A program made the translations under genes and the position numbers. The notes beneath the pieces were generated by a model. That model saw only the letters and a program-made list of their open reading frames with translations. It had not been told where the DNA came from and did no database searches. A DNA stretch of 30,206 bases, from assembly GCA_034408725.1 (NCBI GenBank), contig JAWXCN010000275.1, positions 1 to 30,206 on the forward strand. Direction: 5' to 3'. This stretch comes from Candidatus Hydrogenedentota bacterium. Its GTDB lineage: Bacteria; Hydrogenedentota; Hydrogenedentia; Hydrogenedentales; SLHB01. Shown here piece after piece: positions 16,801 through 26,384 of this stretch (within the stretch, counting starts at the first letter, position 1; every line of letters starts with the position of its first letter).

Positions 16801-19196
16801 TAGCGCAGCGTTGCGCCGCATTTCTCCTCGAGCGCTTTGAGAATGTGGCCCCATGCCTTTTGGGTATCCTTATCGGTCAGCGTGCGATCGTGGGACTGAA
16901 ACACGAGATTGAGTGCAACGCTCTTCTTGCCGGCGGGAACCTGTTTTCCGGCATATACATCGAAGAGGCGAACGTCTTGCAGAAACTTGCCCCCCGCCGC
17001 TTTCGCACATTCCACAATGGACTGTGCGGTGACGGCGCCGTCAACAAGTACCGCCAAGTCCCGCAGTGACGGCGGAAACGCTGACATTGGTGAAAACACT
17101 GTTGGCTCTGATTTTCTGCACAAAATCGAATCCAGTTGCACCTCGGCAACATATACGTCTTGCGCGATATCGAATCGTTCGAGAATCTCGGAGCGGACTT
17201 TTCCAAACCATGCCACTACAGTTTTATCGATGGTGACTGCTGCGGAATGTCCCTCTAAGAACACGTCTGAGCCAAATTTTGTAAAGGCAGGTTTCAGACG
17301 AACGGAGTCAAATATATTTTCCAGAATTCCCTTACAGTCATAAAAGTCTACTTGGGCGGATTCGCCTGCCCAGTGCTCGGATTGACATGTCCCGGACAGA
17401 ACTATACCCAACCGTGCTTGTTCAATTGGTAGTACATCATCCCCATTCGGTAAATAAATATGTCCCAGTTCGAACGCATTGACCCGCTTTGATCCTCGCC
17501 GGCAATTTAGGGATGCGGTGTTCAAAAGATTCGGGATTAAACTGGCCCGCATAGCGCTTGCATTTTCGCTGAGGGGGTTCTCGAGCATGACCATATTCTG
17601 GCTTTCACGGGTCAGACCTGCGCGGCGCATTTCTTCGGGAGAACTGAAAGTAAGGTTCATCAGTTCGGTGAGACCAAGAGACACCAGATAGCGGCGTAGC
17701 GCTCTGGTTTTCAATTCTTCTGGAGCGAAAACCGCCTCGGTTTTGCGGACACGCGGCACTGTCGCGGGGATTTCATCATAGCCGTAGAATCTCGCGATTT
17801 CCTCGATCAAGTCCACCTCACGGGTGGCGTCATGACGCCATCCCGGCACACGGACCGTACAACCGGTGCCGTCCGACTGGAGCGCCGTGAAGGCCAGACG
17901 CTCAAGGATTGATTTTTGGGTGTCGGAAGGGATCACTGCCCCGAGCAACCCATTTGTCCGCGCATAGCGCAGCGTAATCTCAATGGGAGGCGACGGAGCC
18001 GGATATAGATCGATCCTGCCCGGGGCGATGTCCGCGCCGCATATTTCATGGAGCAGTTGGGCAACGCGATCGCAGGAGTAGACCGCCATTTCGGGATCAG
18101 CCCCGCGCTGGAACCGTTGCGATGCTTCGGAGTTCATCGACAGGGCGCGCGCGGTCTGGCGGATGCTGGAGGGATTGAACCATGCGCTTTCGATCAGGAT
18201 TCGTGTGGTGCTCTCCCCCACTTCGCTTTCCAGCCCTCCCATGATACCGGCCACGGCAACAGGGGACGCGGCATCCGCGATCACCAGCATGTCGTCCTGA
18301 AGGGTGCGGACTTCTCCGTCGATCGTCTTGAGCGCTTCGCCAGAGCGCGCACGGCGCACGATGATTTTTTCGCCCGCGAGCTTATCCAGGTCGAAGGCGT
18401 GTAACGGATGCGCGGTTTCGAGCAGGACGTAATTGGTGATGTCCACGACGGGATTCACCAGGCGCTGTCCCGCTTGCAGAATTCGCCGCGCCATCCAGGG
18501 CGGTGTACTTGCAGGCTTGATACCGGTTGCGACACGGGCGACGTACCGTGAGCACAAATCGGGTGCATCGATTGTGATGGACGTCAGGTCTTCGACTGGC
18601 GCACCGTGTTCGACGATGGTTGATTCGGGTAATCGCAGCGGACGCCGGAAGTATGCCGATAGTTCCCGCGCAACGCCAATCATGCCTGCCCAATCGCCGC
18701 GGTTGGGCGTTACTTCTATTTCGAAAATGGCATCATCCAGGCCAAGTAGCGGAACGGCATCCGCGCCAACCGTGAAGTCCGGCGGTAGAATCATGAGGCC
18801 ATCATGGTCAGAACCCAGCCCCAATTCCTTTGACGAACACATCATGCCTTGTGACTCGATGCCCCGCATTTTACGGCGGCCGATTTCGAATCCTCCTGGC
18901 AATATCGCGCCAATCACGGCGGTCGGGACAATATCGCCCGGCTTCATGTTTGTTGCGCCGCATACGATTTGCAACGGCTCGCTGGCGCCAATGTCGGTCT
19001 TGCAGACGACAAGTTTGTCGGCATCCGGGTGCGGCGCGATGTCGAGGATTTTGCCGACAACGATATTCTTGACACCGGCGCCTGGACGCTCAACGCTCTC
19101 AATTTCAAGGCCGAGCATCGTCAACTGATGCGCGAGGTCATCCGCGCCGAGTTCGATATCGACGAATTCCTTTAGCCAGTTCAATGAAACCTTCAT
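16800..19196 (-). CDS. pheT: Phenylalanine--tRNA ligase beta subunit
   Basis: MKVSLNWLKEF, HPDADKL, CGATN, VTPNRGD, DLIEEIARFYGYD, C-terminal FDVYAG...KKSVA...DRTLTD. Confidence 0.99.
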   Translation of the reverse strand: MKVSLNWLKEFVDIELGADDLAHQLTMLGLEIESVERPGAGVKNIVVGKILDIAPHPDADKLVVCKTDIGASEPLQIVCGATNMKPGDIVPTAVIGAILPGGFEIGRRKMRGIESQGMMCSSKELGLGSDHDGLMILPPDFTVGADAVPLLGLDDAIFEIEVTPNRGDWAGMIGVARELSAYFRRPLRLPESTIVEHGAPVEDLTSITIDAPDLCSRYVARVATGIKPASTPPWMARRILQAGQRLVNPVVDITNYVLLETAHPLHAFDLDKLAGEKIIVRRARSGEALKTIDGEVRTLQDDMLVIADAASPVAVAGIMGGLESEVGESTTRILIESAWFNPSSIRQTARALSMNSEASQRFQRGADPEMAVYSCDRVAQLLHEICGADIAPGRIDLYPAPSPPIEITLRYARTNGLLGAVIPSDTQKSILERLAFTALQSDGTGCTVRVPGWRHDATREVDLIEEIARFYGYDEIPATVPRVRKTEAVFAPEELKTRALRRYLVSLGLTELMNLTFSSPEEMRRAGLTRESQNMVMLENPLSENASAMRASLIPNLLNTASLNCRRGSKRVNAFELGHIYLPNGDDVLPIEQARLGIVLSGTCQSEHWAGESAQVDFYDCKGILENIFDSVRLKPAFTKFGSDVFLEGHSAAVTIDKTVVAWFGKVRSEILERFDIAQDVYVAEVQLDSILCRKSEPTVFSPMSAFPPSLRDLAVLVDGAVTAQSIVECAKAAGGKFLQDVRLFDVYAGKQVPAGKKSVALNLVFQSHDRTLTDKDTQKAWGHILKALEEKCGATLR

Positions 19197-19199
19197 AAG

Positions 19200-20204
19200 T
19201 TAAAACTGCTCCAGGAAGCGGAGATCGCTCTCGTAGAAATAATGAATGCTGTTAATCTGATGGCGCGCCATGGCGATACGTTCGACGCCCATTCCGAATG
19301 CGAAACCGGTGTAGCGCTCATAGTCGTAGCCAGCGTATTCAAACACACGTGGATGGACCATGCCGCAGCCGCCGATCTCAAGCAGCCGCGTTTTGGACTG
19401 CCCATCCCGGTTTGAGGTCCACTCCACGTGAATTTCAGCCGACGGCTCGGTAAATGGAAAGAAATGCGGATTGAACCTTACTTTAACGCCGTCCCCCAGC
19501 AAGCGCTTGAGGAAATGCATGAGCGTGCCTTTGAGATCGGAAAAGCTCACACCTTCGTCAACCAGCAAACCTTCGATTTGATAGAACATTGGGCTGTGCG
19601 TGGAATCTGCATCGACGCGGTAGACGCGGCCCGGCGCCACGATTGCCACGGGCGGCTTCGTCCGTTCCATCACGCGCATTTGGACGGGCGATGTGTGGGT
19701 GCGCAACACAACGCCGGGCTTGACAAAAAAAGTGTCATGCGAATCGCGCGCAGGATGATCGCCGGGAGTATTCAGACTATCGAAATTATAATACTCCGTT
19801 TCGATTTCAGGTCCCGTGGCGATTTGGAAACCCAACTCTGCGAAGATTTCGATGATCTCATCCGTGATCTGCGAAACCAAATGCATGTGGCCGCGCGTGG
19901 CGCGCCGGCCCGGCAGCGTGAGATCAGGCGCGTTGCTCTCGCGGATCAATTCCTGTTCCACTTGTTTCAACGCGGGGATGCGTTCATCCAGGGCCGCAGT
20001 CAGTTGGACTTTCAATTCATTCGTAATGCGGCCCAGGACTGGGCGCTCGTCCGGCGGCGCTTCACTGACGTTTCGCAGTAAACCCGTTACCGCGCCTTTG
20101 CGGCCGAAATACTTGATCCGGAGGTCTTCGGCGTCGCGGAGTGTCGAGACCCCAGCGATTTCCGACAAGGCCTCGGTACGCAGTTTTTCGATTACGTCGA
20201 TCAT
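19200..20204 (-). CDS. pheS: Phenylalanine--tRNA ligase alpha subunit
   Basis: HPARDSHDTF, LRTHTSPVQ, PGRVYR, FPFTEPS, GFAFGMGVER. Confidence 0.99.
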   Translation of the reverse strand: MIDVIEKLRTEALSEIAGVSTLRDAEDLRIKYFGRKGAVTGLLRNVSEAPPDERPVLGRITNELKVQLTAALDERIPALKQVEQELIRESNAPDLTLPGRRATRGHMHLVSQITDEIIEIFAELGFQIATGPEIETEYYNFDSLNTPGDHPARDSHDTFFVKPGVVLRTHTSPVQMRVMERTKPPVAIVAPGRVYRVDADSTHSPMFYQIEGLLVDEGVSFSDLKGTLMHFLKRLLGDGVKVRFNPHFFPFTEPSAEIHVEWTSNRDGQSKTRLLEIGGCGMVHPRVFEYAGYDYERYTGFAFGMGVERIAMARHQINSIHYFYESDLRFLEQF

Positions 20205-20212
20205 GATCGTTG

Positions 20213-20878
20213 CTACATTCCTTCAAATAACGCTGTGCCGATGCGTACTTCGGTGGCCCCTTCTTCGATGGCCACCTCGAAATCATTTGACATCCCCATC
20301 GAGATCCGCGGCAGGCCGTACCGGTTGGCGAGTTCGCGCAATGCGGCAAATACTGGCCGGACATTTTCCGCATCATCATGAAATGGGGCCATCGTCATTA
20401 GCCCTTCCAGTTTCAGGTTGCTCATGGCATTTATCTGGTCGATGGCAGTTAGCAACGCTTCCTGTGAGAATCCGTGCTTGGAAACTTCACCCGAAACATT
20501 GACTTCCAAGAGGACGGGAAATGGTTGTTTGTCCCCAGGCGCGTGCCGGGCGAGTTCCACCGCGAGTTCGACCCTGTCCACGGAATCGATGACATCGAAC
20601 AAGGTGCAAACGGCTTTTGCCTTTCTGCGTTGGATGTTACCTATCATGTGCCACACGACACCTTCGCGCAACGATGCAATTTTGGATTCCCCGGATCGAA
20701 CCCGGTTTTCTCCGAAATGAGTAACCCCCATCGATTGCAGGAACTGGACTTCCTCCACCCCCACGCTCTTTGTGATCGCAATGAGCGTGACCTCCGCCGG
20801 GGACCGACCGGTCCGCTCACATGCCCCAGCGATACGGTCCTTAATGCGGCCCAGGTTTTCCGCAATCGCGGAATGCAT
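20213..20878 (-). CDS. yggS: YggS/PLPBP pyridoxal phosphate homeostasis protein
   Basis: LIAITK (PLP lysine), FGENRV, WHMIG, GLMTMAP, SMGMSNDFEVAIEEGATEVRIGTALF. Confidence 0.96.
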   Translation of the reverse strand: MHSAIAENLGRIKDRIAGACERTGRSPAEVTLIAITKSVGVEEVQFLQSMGVTHFGENRVRSGESKIASLREGVVWHMIGNIQRRKAKAVCTLFDVIDSVDRVELAVELARHAPGDKQPFPVLLEVNVSGEVSKHGFSQEALLTAIDQINAMSNLKLEGLMTMAPFHDDAENVRPVFAALRELANRYGLPRISMGMSNDFEVAIEEGATEVRIGTALFEGM

Positions 20879-20923
20879 TACCCGGACTCCTGACGGTTGA
20901 CTCCGCGCACGAATCGCGGTGGG

Positions 20924-20952
20924 ATCGTAAATAGGTCGGGGGGCGGTTTCAA
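20924..20952 (-). promoter_or_regulatory. Sigma70-type promoter for yggS-pheS-pheT-zapB-zapA
   Basis: Minus strand TTGAAA (20952-20947) - 17 nt - TACGAT (20929-20924), followed by GC-rich CCCACCGC. Confidence 0.6.
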
Positions 20953-20976
20953 GTCATCAATATCCGGAGCGCGGGG

Positions 20977-22833
20977 CTACGCGGGGTCGTAGGGGTTCAA
21001 TTTCGATGGTTTGGAAGGCTCAGTCGCCCGGAAGTCATACCACGTGTCCCCTGCTTTGACGATGAGATTGCCATCAAGCCGGGAGAAGACGCGGGCCAAT
21101 TCGGGATGCTCGTACTGGAGGATTATCGCTTCGTCACTGTCTTGTTGAATCGGCGTCAACGATTCCTTGCGGTAATCGTCCCGAATCCATGTACCCTCGA
21201 AAAACCGGTAGAGATGGCCAGCAATCGGCTGTGGCATGTGGCGCGTGTATTCGAGCTGGGCTTCATCCCGTTCGATGTACCGCAGTTCCGTAACGGCAAG
21301 TGGAAGGCCCGCCTCTTGCTTGTACTCGATCATGGTAGCGGTGGCAAAGTTCCAGAATTCGTTGCTCATCCATCGCCCTTGTTCGAGGGCGACCACGGCT
21401 TCATCGTAACGGTCTTGGGTCCGTAGCTCGGCGGCTTCGATACGCAATAGGCGAGAGGTGACATAGGTGTCTTCGTCGCTGCCGGTGGCGCCCGGAACAA
21501 CGAGTGTTTTCCAGTGCGCTTTCGCTTGTGTGGACAACTCGGTTTCGCGCGCGCGGGCCTCAGCGGCCTTTGCCTGCCAAGGTGCGGGGTCCTCTCCGCG
21601 CTGCTGGAGTTGTTCGGCCATTTCTTCGGCTTTTTCGGCTGACAATCCGGCGAGCATTGTGTCACGGTCCAGAATTTCGCCTTTCATCAGTTCGATGAAT
21701 CGGGGCGCGACGGCGTTTTCCGGTTGCCACTTCAGATAATCTTCCCAGCCCGCTTTCGATTCTTCGTACTGCTCGTTCAGACCCTGGATGCGATACAATT
21801 GGCGGCGAACCCAGCGATCGTGATCGAGCCGCGTGGCCTGTTCGAGATACTTGATTGCATTGACATGGTCGATGAGTTTTTCTTCGTAAATCGAATAGCC
21901 GAGATCAAAATACAGCCTGTAGTTTCGCGGATTCTTGCGAATTCCGTCTTTAAGAAAGTCCACGCCAAAGAAGTAATAATTTTCTCTTTCGCCTACCCAG
22001 TATTCATGAACGGGATCATACTCCCGTAACTCCCACGGGGTATCTTCCAGTGGCGCAGTCGCGTTGTAGGCCATGTGCCAGGAGCCAAGGAGAAAGGCGT
22101 CGATGAAAGTCGGATCGAGCGTAACGCAACTCTTCATCAGCGGGAGCATGCGCTGCATTTCTCCCTTGTGCCAAAACCGGTCAACCTCGAGCCACAGCAT
22201 GTTCGCGGCCATTTTCCGAAACCCGAAAAACATGTTCGCAAGACTGATATTGGTGCCACGTACCTGGTAAAGTCCGGCAATTCCCATTTGCGTGCCGAAT
22301 CCAGCTACCCGCCCCGCACGATGAGCGATGACAAGTTCCTTTCTTAGGTCGATCGTATCTTCGCTTTGTGCAAACGCCCAAAGGGCGCCATCGCGTTGGC
22401 GTTGTTCTTCAGTGTAAATTTCTTGCTGACCCGATCCAAGTCCTTCCTCATCAACCTCTTCACCATCCTCATCCAGCGCCAATGCGGACTCATCCGCATC
22501 TGTTATCGGCGCGGCAGTATACCGCACTATGCGCGGATATGGCTTACCTGTATTATCATAGTCATTTTCTCCGACATCCACGTCAGGAAGGACGCGGTCA
22601 GAAATTTCGACGAGCTTTGCGAAGAGTTCATCGTCCACGTAATTGGTGGGGTCTTCGCCGGGTGGGGGTTGCCCGGGATTTCCGAAGACACGCATCTGGG
22701 TGGACGCACTTTGGACCCAGCGGTAGAGGCGGTCACTTTCCTGCAACCGCTCGACGCGCCGGCCCTGCACGGAGCCAAGCGCCAAGGCAAGTACAACGAG
22801 TATGCCGAGGACGAGATTGGGAAACTGCTTCAC
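20977..22833 (-). CDS. Membrane-anchored TPR-like protein associated with ABC transporter (PilG/XapA-like core)
   Basis: N-terminal hydrophobic anchor; GFRKMAANMLWL...TLDPTFIDAFLLGSWHMAYN...FLKDGIRKNP...LYFDLG helical-repeat core; GTG start 5 nt after permease stop. Confidence 0.75.
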   Translation of the reverse strand: MKQFPNLVLGILVVLALALGSVQGRRVERLQESDRLYRWVQSASTQMRVFGNPGQPPPGEDPTNYVDDELFAKLVEISDRVLPDVDVGENDYDNTGKPYPRIVRYTAAPITDADESALALDEDGEEVDEEGLGSGQQEIYTEEQRQRDGALWAFAQSEDTIDLRKELVIAHRAGRVAGFGTQMGIAGLYQVRGTNISLANMFFGFRKMAANMLWLEVDRFWHKGEMQRMLPLMKSCVTLDPTFIDAFLLGSWHMAYNATAPLEDTPWELREYDPVHEYWVGERENYYFFGVDFLKDGIRKNPRNYRLYFDLGYSIYEEKLIDHVNAIKYLEQATRLDHDRWVRRQLYRIQGLNEQYEESKAGWEDYLKWQPENAVAPRFIELMKGEILDRDTMLAGLSAEKAEEMAEQLQQRGEDPAPWQAKAAEARARETELSTQAKAHWKTLVVPGATGSDEDTYVTSRLLRIEAAELRTQDRYDEAVVALEQGRWMSNEFWNFATATMIEYKQEAGLPLAVTELRYIERDEAQLEYTRHMPQPIAGHLYRFFEGTWIRDDYRKESLTPIQQDSDEAIILQYEHPELARVFSRLDGNLIVKAGDTWYDFRATEPSKPSKLNPYDPA

Positions 22834-22838
22834 GGCGA

Positions 22839-23660
22839 CTACAACTCCTTACGCCGGAAAATCCAATAAGACATCAAATACCCGGCGATCCCGTATGTCA
22901 GGGCATAGATCACCAATTCCGGGATCATGGCGTCGCGCGGCGCGTCATTTACCTGTAAGTAGAGAATTTGGTCTTTAAGATTGAAGTATTGCAGATTAGG
23001 AAGCACCTGCCACAGGCCGTATGCGGCCCTGCCAATTAGCCAATCCAGCGTATTTTCGGTTTGCCCGGCGCGATCGCTAACATCTTTCAGATATTCCGTC
23101 AGATTGCCGAGCACGTAGATAAACAGTCCGCCGATGGCCGGCAAAATAGAGGAAGTGGACGTACACGAGATTGCGAACGTGAACGCGGACACGATCAAAA
23201 ACTGGAAGTAAGTTAGAAGAATTGACCAGAGCAATAGGGTCGGCATGACCCTTTCCTTCAGATAGAGCGCGAAGAAGAACAAGCCGCCCATCAGTGCGAG
23301 GTTGATGATAATGATGAACTGTACTCCGAGGAACTTTCCGAGCAGGTACTGATACCTGCGGACCGGTTTCGAGAGCACGGTGTAGACGACTTTATTTTCC
23401 ACTTCCGGCGGCACGACGGATGCCGAAACGAAGATGGTAATCAGCATTCCGAAAATGGCAATTGCCGTCACGCAAATGTCTTTAATTAACTTGATGTCGA
23501 GTTCCGATTGGCCGGTCGTTTCGCTGGTCGTCGTCAGGAACGCGGTCATGAATTGGGAACCGAAAATGACCATGATGCTCAGGATCAGAATCCCGATGAG
23601 GATTTTCTTGCGGATACCTTCGCGAAAGGTGTATACCGCGATACTCCACACGCCGCCCAT
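22839..23660 (-). CDS. ABC-2 type transporter permease (PilI/NosY-like)
   Basis: IAVYTFREGIRKK, EVENKVVYTVLSKPVRRYQYLLGKFLG, about six TM segments, LPNL, C-terminal FRRKEL. Confidence 0.9.
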   Translation of the reverse strand: MGGVWSIAVYTFREGIRKKILIGILILSIMVIFGSQFMTAFLTTTSETTGQSELDIKLIKDICVTAIAIFGMLITIFVSASVVPPEVENKVVYTVLSKPVRRYQYLLGKFLGVQFIIIINLALMGGLFFFALYLKERVMPTLLLWSILLTYFQFLIVSAFTFAISCTSTSSILPAIGGLFIYVLGNLTEYLKDVSDRAGQTENTLDWLIGRAAYGLWQVLPNLQYFNLKDQILYLQVNDAPRDAMIPELVIYALTYGIAGYLMSYWIFRRKEL

Positions 23661-23662
23661 GA

Positions 23663-24613
23663 CTACTGCTTCCCTTCTTTCTTTGCCTTTGCATCGCCGA
23701 CGACGCGAACGAAGAGTTCTTCGAGGGTTTCCCGGCGCGGCGCGACGCTGACGACGGTGAGGTTGTGGGATTTTGCGATGTCGAGTGCGTCGTAGAGCGT
23801 TAAAGTTTGGGGGACGCGCAGGCGGGCCTTGCTGTCAATTTTGTCTTCCACGCCAAGGCCTTTGTCGGTGATTGCCTTGATCGAAGCGTCTGAAATGCCG
23901 CTCACATCGATGGACATATCACGGTCGGTTAATAGTTCGTTGATCGTGCCCATCGTTTGCAGCACACCCTCGAACAAAATGCCTACGCGATCGCTGATCA
24001 GTTCCACTTCGAGTAATTCATGGCTGGAAACTAGAAGTGATTTGCCCTGCGCGCGTAATTGCACCAGTAGATCGCGCATTTCTTTCCGGGCCACCGGATC
24101 GAGACCGGTCGTAGGTTCATCCAGAATGAGCACGGTCGGGTCACTGAGCAAAGCCTGCGCCAAACCGATGCGCTGGCGCATGCCTTTCGAGTAACCGCGA
24201 AGCAGGCGTTTACGCGCCCTCGTCATGCCAACGGTTTCGAGCGTTTCACTAATGCGGCGCTCGAGGTCTTTGCCGCGTAACCCGTAGAGTTGGCCATAGA
24301 ACCGGAGGATTTCCTCGCCTTTGAGAAAGTCGGGGTAATATGCCCCTTCGGGGAGATAACCTATTTTGCGTTTGATGCCGGGGGACGCGATGTCCTCGCT
24401 GCCCATGATTTTCATGGTTCCCGAAGTGGGGAAAATCAGTCCAAGGAGCATTTTGATTGTGGTGGTCTTGCCGGAACCGTTCGGCCCGAGGTATCCGAAG
24501 ATTTCGCGTTCCTGAACGGCGATGGTGAGGTCCTGAAGGGCGTGGACATCTTGCCCTTTGACGGCTCCCTCGTAGACTTTTGAAAGTTTGTTCGTCTCGA
24601 TAACTGCGGACAC
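23663..24613 (-). CDS. ABC transporter ATP-binding protein (PilH-like)
   Basis: GPNGSGKTT, YSKGMRQRIGLAQAL, LILDEPTTGLDP, SSH, TLEELF; GTG start with GAGG RBS. Confidence 0.95.
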   Translation of the reverse strand: MSAVIETNKLSKVYEGAVKGQDVHALQDLTIAVQEREIFGYLGPNGSGKTTTIKMLLGLIFPTSGTMKIMGSEDIASPGIKRKIGYLPEGAYYPDFLKGEEILRFYGQLYGLRGKDLERRISETLETVGMTRARKRLLRGYSKGMRQRIGLAQALLSDPTVLILDEPTTGLDPVARKEMRDLLVQLRAQGKSLLVSSHELLEVELISDRVGILFEGVLQTMGTINELLTDRDMSIDVSGISDASIKAITDKGLGVEDKIDSKARLRVPQTLTLYDALDIAKSHNLTVVSVAPRRETLEELFVRVVGDAKAKKEGKQ

Positions 24614-24709
24614 AGCACTACCTCGATACGTATTGACTCAGCGGCACAGCCCGATCAGGAATGGAGGTAAATCACCTTAGCAGCGTTAACCGCACCATTC
24701 AGGCTGCGC

Positions 24710-24738
24710 AGAATATCAAAAGCCAGAGAGAGTGTCAA
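24710..24738 (-). promoter_or_regulatory. Sigma70 promoter for the ABC/TPR operon
   Basis: Minus strand TTGACA (24738-24733) - 17 nt - TATTCT (24715-24710) with extended -10 TG. Confidence 0.75.
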
Positions 24739-24859
24739 CGAATTCACAGCATGGGCCGGTGAAATGAATTTGCGCGGGCGGATACGTACAATTTACGCGC
24801 GGGCTAGTGATTTCCAGGTTTGGCGGCCCGCGCGGTAATTGGAAGGAGTGCCTTGACCG

Positions 24860-26164
24860 GTGGCCCAGCTTGTTCTCGAATTTCTCGTCATCTTTGTCTT
24901 GATATTGTTCAATGGCGTATTTGCGATGTCCGAGTTGGCCATTGTGTCGGCACGAAAAGCCATCCTGCAAAAGCGCGCGAATTCCGGGGACGGCGGCGCG
25001 AAGGTCGCCCTCAAACTTGCTGAAGACCCCGGGGATTTTCTGGCTACGGTACAAGTGGGCATTACTTTTATCGGGGTCATCGCTGGCGCGTTAGGGGGTG
25101 CAACATTTTCCGAAGAGATCGCCAAACTCATGGAGGTTGTCCCTGGAATCGGTGATCACGCCGAGAATGCCGCGTTGTTTATCGTGGTGGCGTGCATCAC
25201 CTATCTGAGTCTGATCGTGGGTGAACTCGTGCCCAAGCGCATTGCCCTTCAACGTCCAGAGACGATTGCCTGTCTTGTATCGAGACCGGTCCGCGCGATT
25301 TCCATTGGCGCCAAGCCCTTTGTGCGCCTGATTGGATACAGCACAGACGCTTTGTTGTGGGTCCTGCGCATCCCGAAACACAAAGAACACGCGGTAACGG
25401 AAGAGGAAATCCGCTTTCTAATTGATCAAGGCGCCCGTACCGGCGTGATTAATACGCTCGAGCGTGAAATGGTAGAAAGCGTATTACGCCTCGACGACCG
25501 GCGCATCACTGCGGTGATGACGCCGCGTACCGCCCTGGCGTGGATTGACGTCGAAGCGGACAGGAGCAGTCTCCGGGAAACCATATCGAGCACGACCGAC
25601 ATTGACATTATCGTTTGTAATAGGTCGGTCGATCAGATCGCGGGGCTGGTGCGCATTCATGATCTGACGGCGCGCCTACTCGAAGGAGGGCCGATAAACT
25701 TGCGGGATATGCTTCGCGCGCCCAGCTATCTTCCGACAACAATGACGGCGCTTCAGGCGTTGCGCAAGGTGCGGGAGTCGAGCGAATCTACCGCGTTGGT
25801 TGTCGACGAGTTCGGTGGAGTCGAGGGCGCCGTATCCGCGGCAGACCTCATGGAAGCTGTTTTGGGAGATGTCTCGCTGGTCGAGGGAACCGGCGCCGAG
25901 GCGGTCGCGCGCGCCGACGGTTCGTGGTTGGTAGACGGCGCTTTGGTGCTGGATCGGTTGAAGGAATCGCTCCAGATTCCCGAAATGCCGGGAGAAAAAT
26001 CGGGTGATTTCGATACGGTCGCGGGGTACGCGCTCCTGCACTTTGGCCACATACCGGTCGCGGGCGATTCGTTCAAGGTTGCGGGTTGGCGTTTTGAAGT
26101 TGCGGACATGGACGACCGGCGCATCGACAAACTGATTATTTCGCGGGATGAGCCGGATTCGTAA
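24860..26164 (+). CDS. CNNM/HlyC-CorC family membrane protein (DUF21 + 2 CBS + CorC_HlyC), putative Mg/Co transport
   Basis: NGVFAMSELAIVSAR, FLATVQVGIT, GELVPKRIAL, VMTPR, VVDEFGGVEG, FDTVAGY, DRRIDK; AAGGAG RBS with GTG start. Confidence 0.94.
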   Translation: MAQLVLEFLVIFVLILFNGVFAMSELAIVSARKAILQKRANSGDGGAKVALKLAEDPGDFLATVQVGITFIGVIAGALGGATFSEEIAKLMEVVPGIGDHAENAALFIVVACITYLSLIVGELVPKRIALQRPETIACLVSRPVRAISIGAKPFVRLIGYSTDALLWVLRIPKHKEHAVTEEEIRFLIDQGARTGVINTLEREMVESVLRLDDRRITAVMTPRTALAWIDVEADRSSLRETISSTTDIDIIVCNRSVDQIAGLVRIHDLTARLLEGGPINLRDMLRAPSYLPTTMTALQALRKVRESSESTALVVDEFGGVEGAVSAADLMEAVLGDVSLVEGTGAEAVARADGSWLVDGALVLDRLKESLQIPEMPGEKSGDFDTVAGYALLHFGHIPVAGDSFKVAGWRFEVADMDDRRIDKLIISRDEPDS

Positions 26165-26338
26165 CGCCTCTGTCCTGGTTGCGGCGCTGGGCCATGTTCA
26201 GACGCACTAAAAAGTCTTATGGAGATCGCTCCGATGCGCCGCGCGTTCAGGCGGCGAAGCGCTACGGACGGCAATGCGTTCTGCGAATGAATTCCTGTGG
26301 GGACCGCCTCGCCGCCGAGCGATTATTGTCCCATTGCA

Positions 26339-26347
26339 TGATAGAAT
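26339..26347 (+). promoter_or_regulatory. Extended -10 promoter element upstream of the AI-2E gene
   Basis: TGaTAGAAT about 40 nt upstream of the start; no clear -35. Confidence 0.4.
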
Positions 26348-26384
26348 CCGGCACATTGTTTAACGCGGCGAGGAGATGGGCTTG

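Noticed and set aside
20205-20212. T-box or pheM-type attenuator upstream of pheS
   Set aside because: Only 8 nt separate yggS and pheS; no leader present
26165-26330. Intrinsic terminator after the CNNM gene (CGCCGC...GCGGCG stem)
   Set aside because: Short stem with no U-tract; insufficient support
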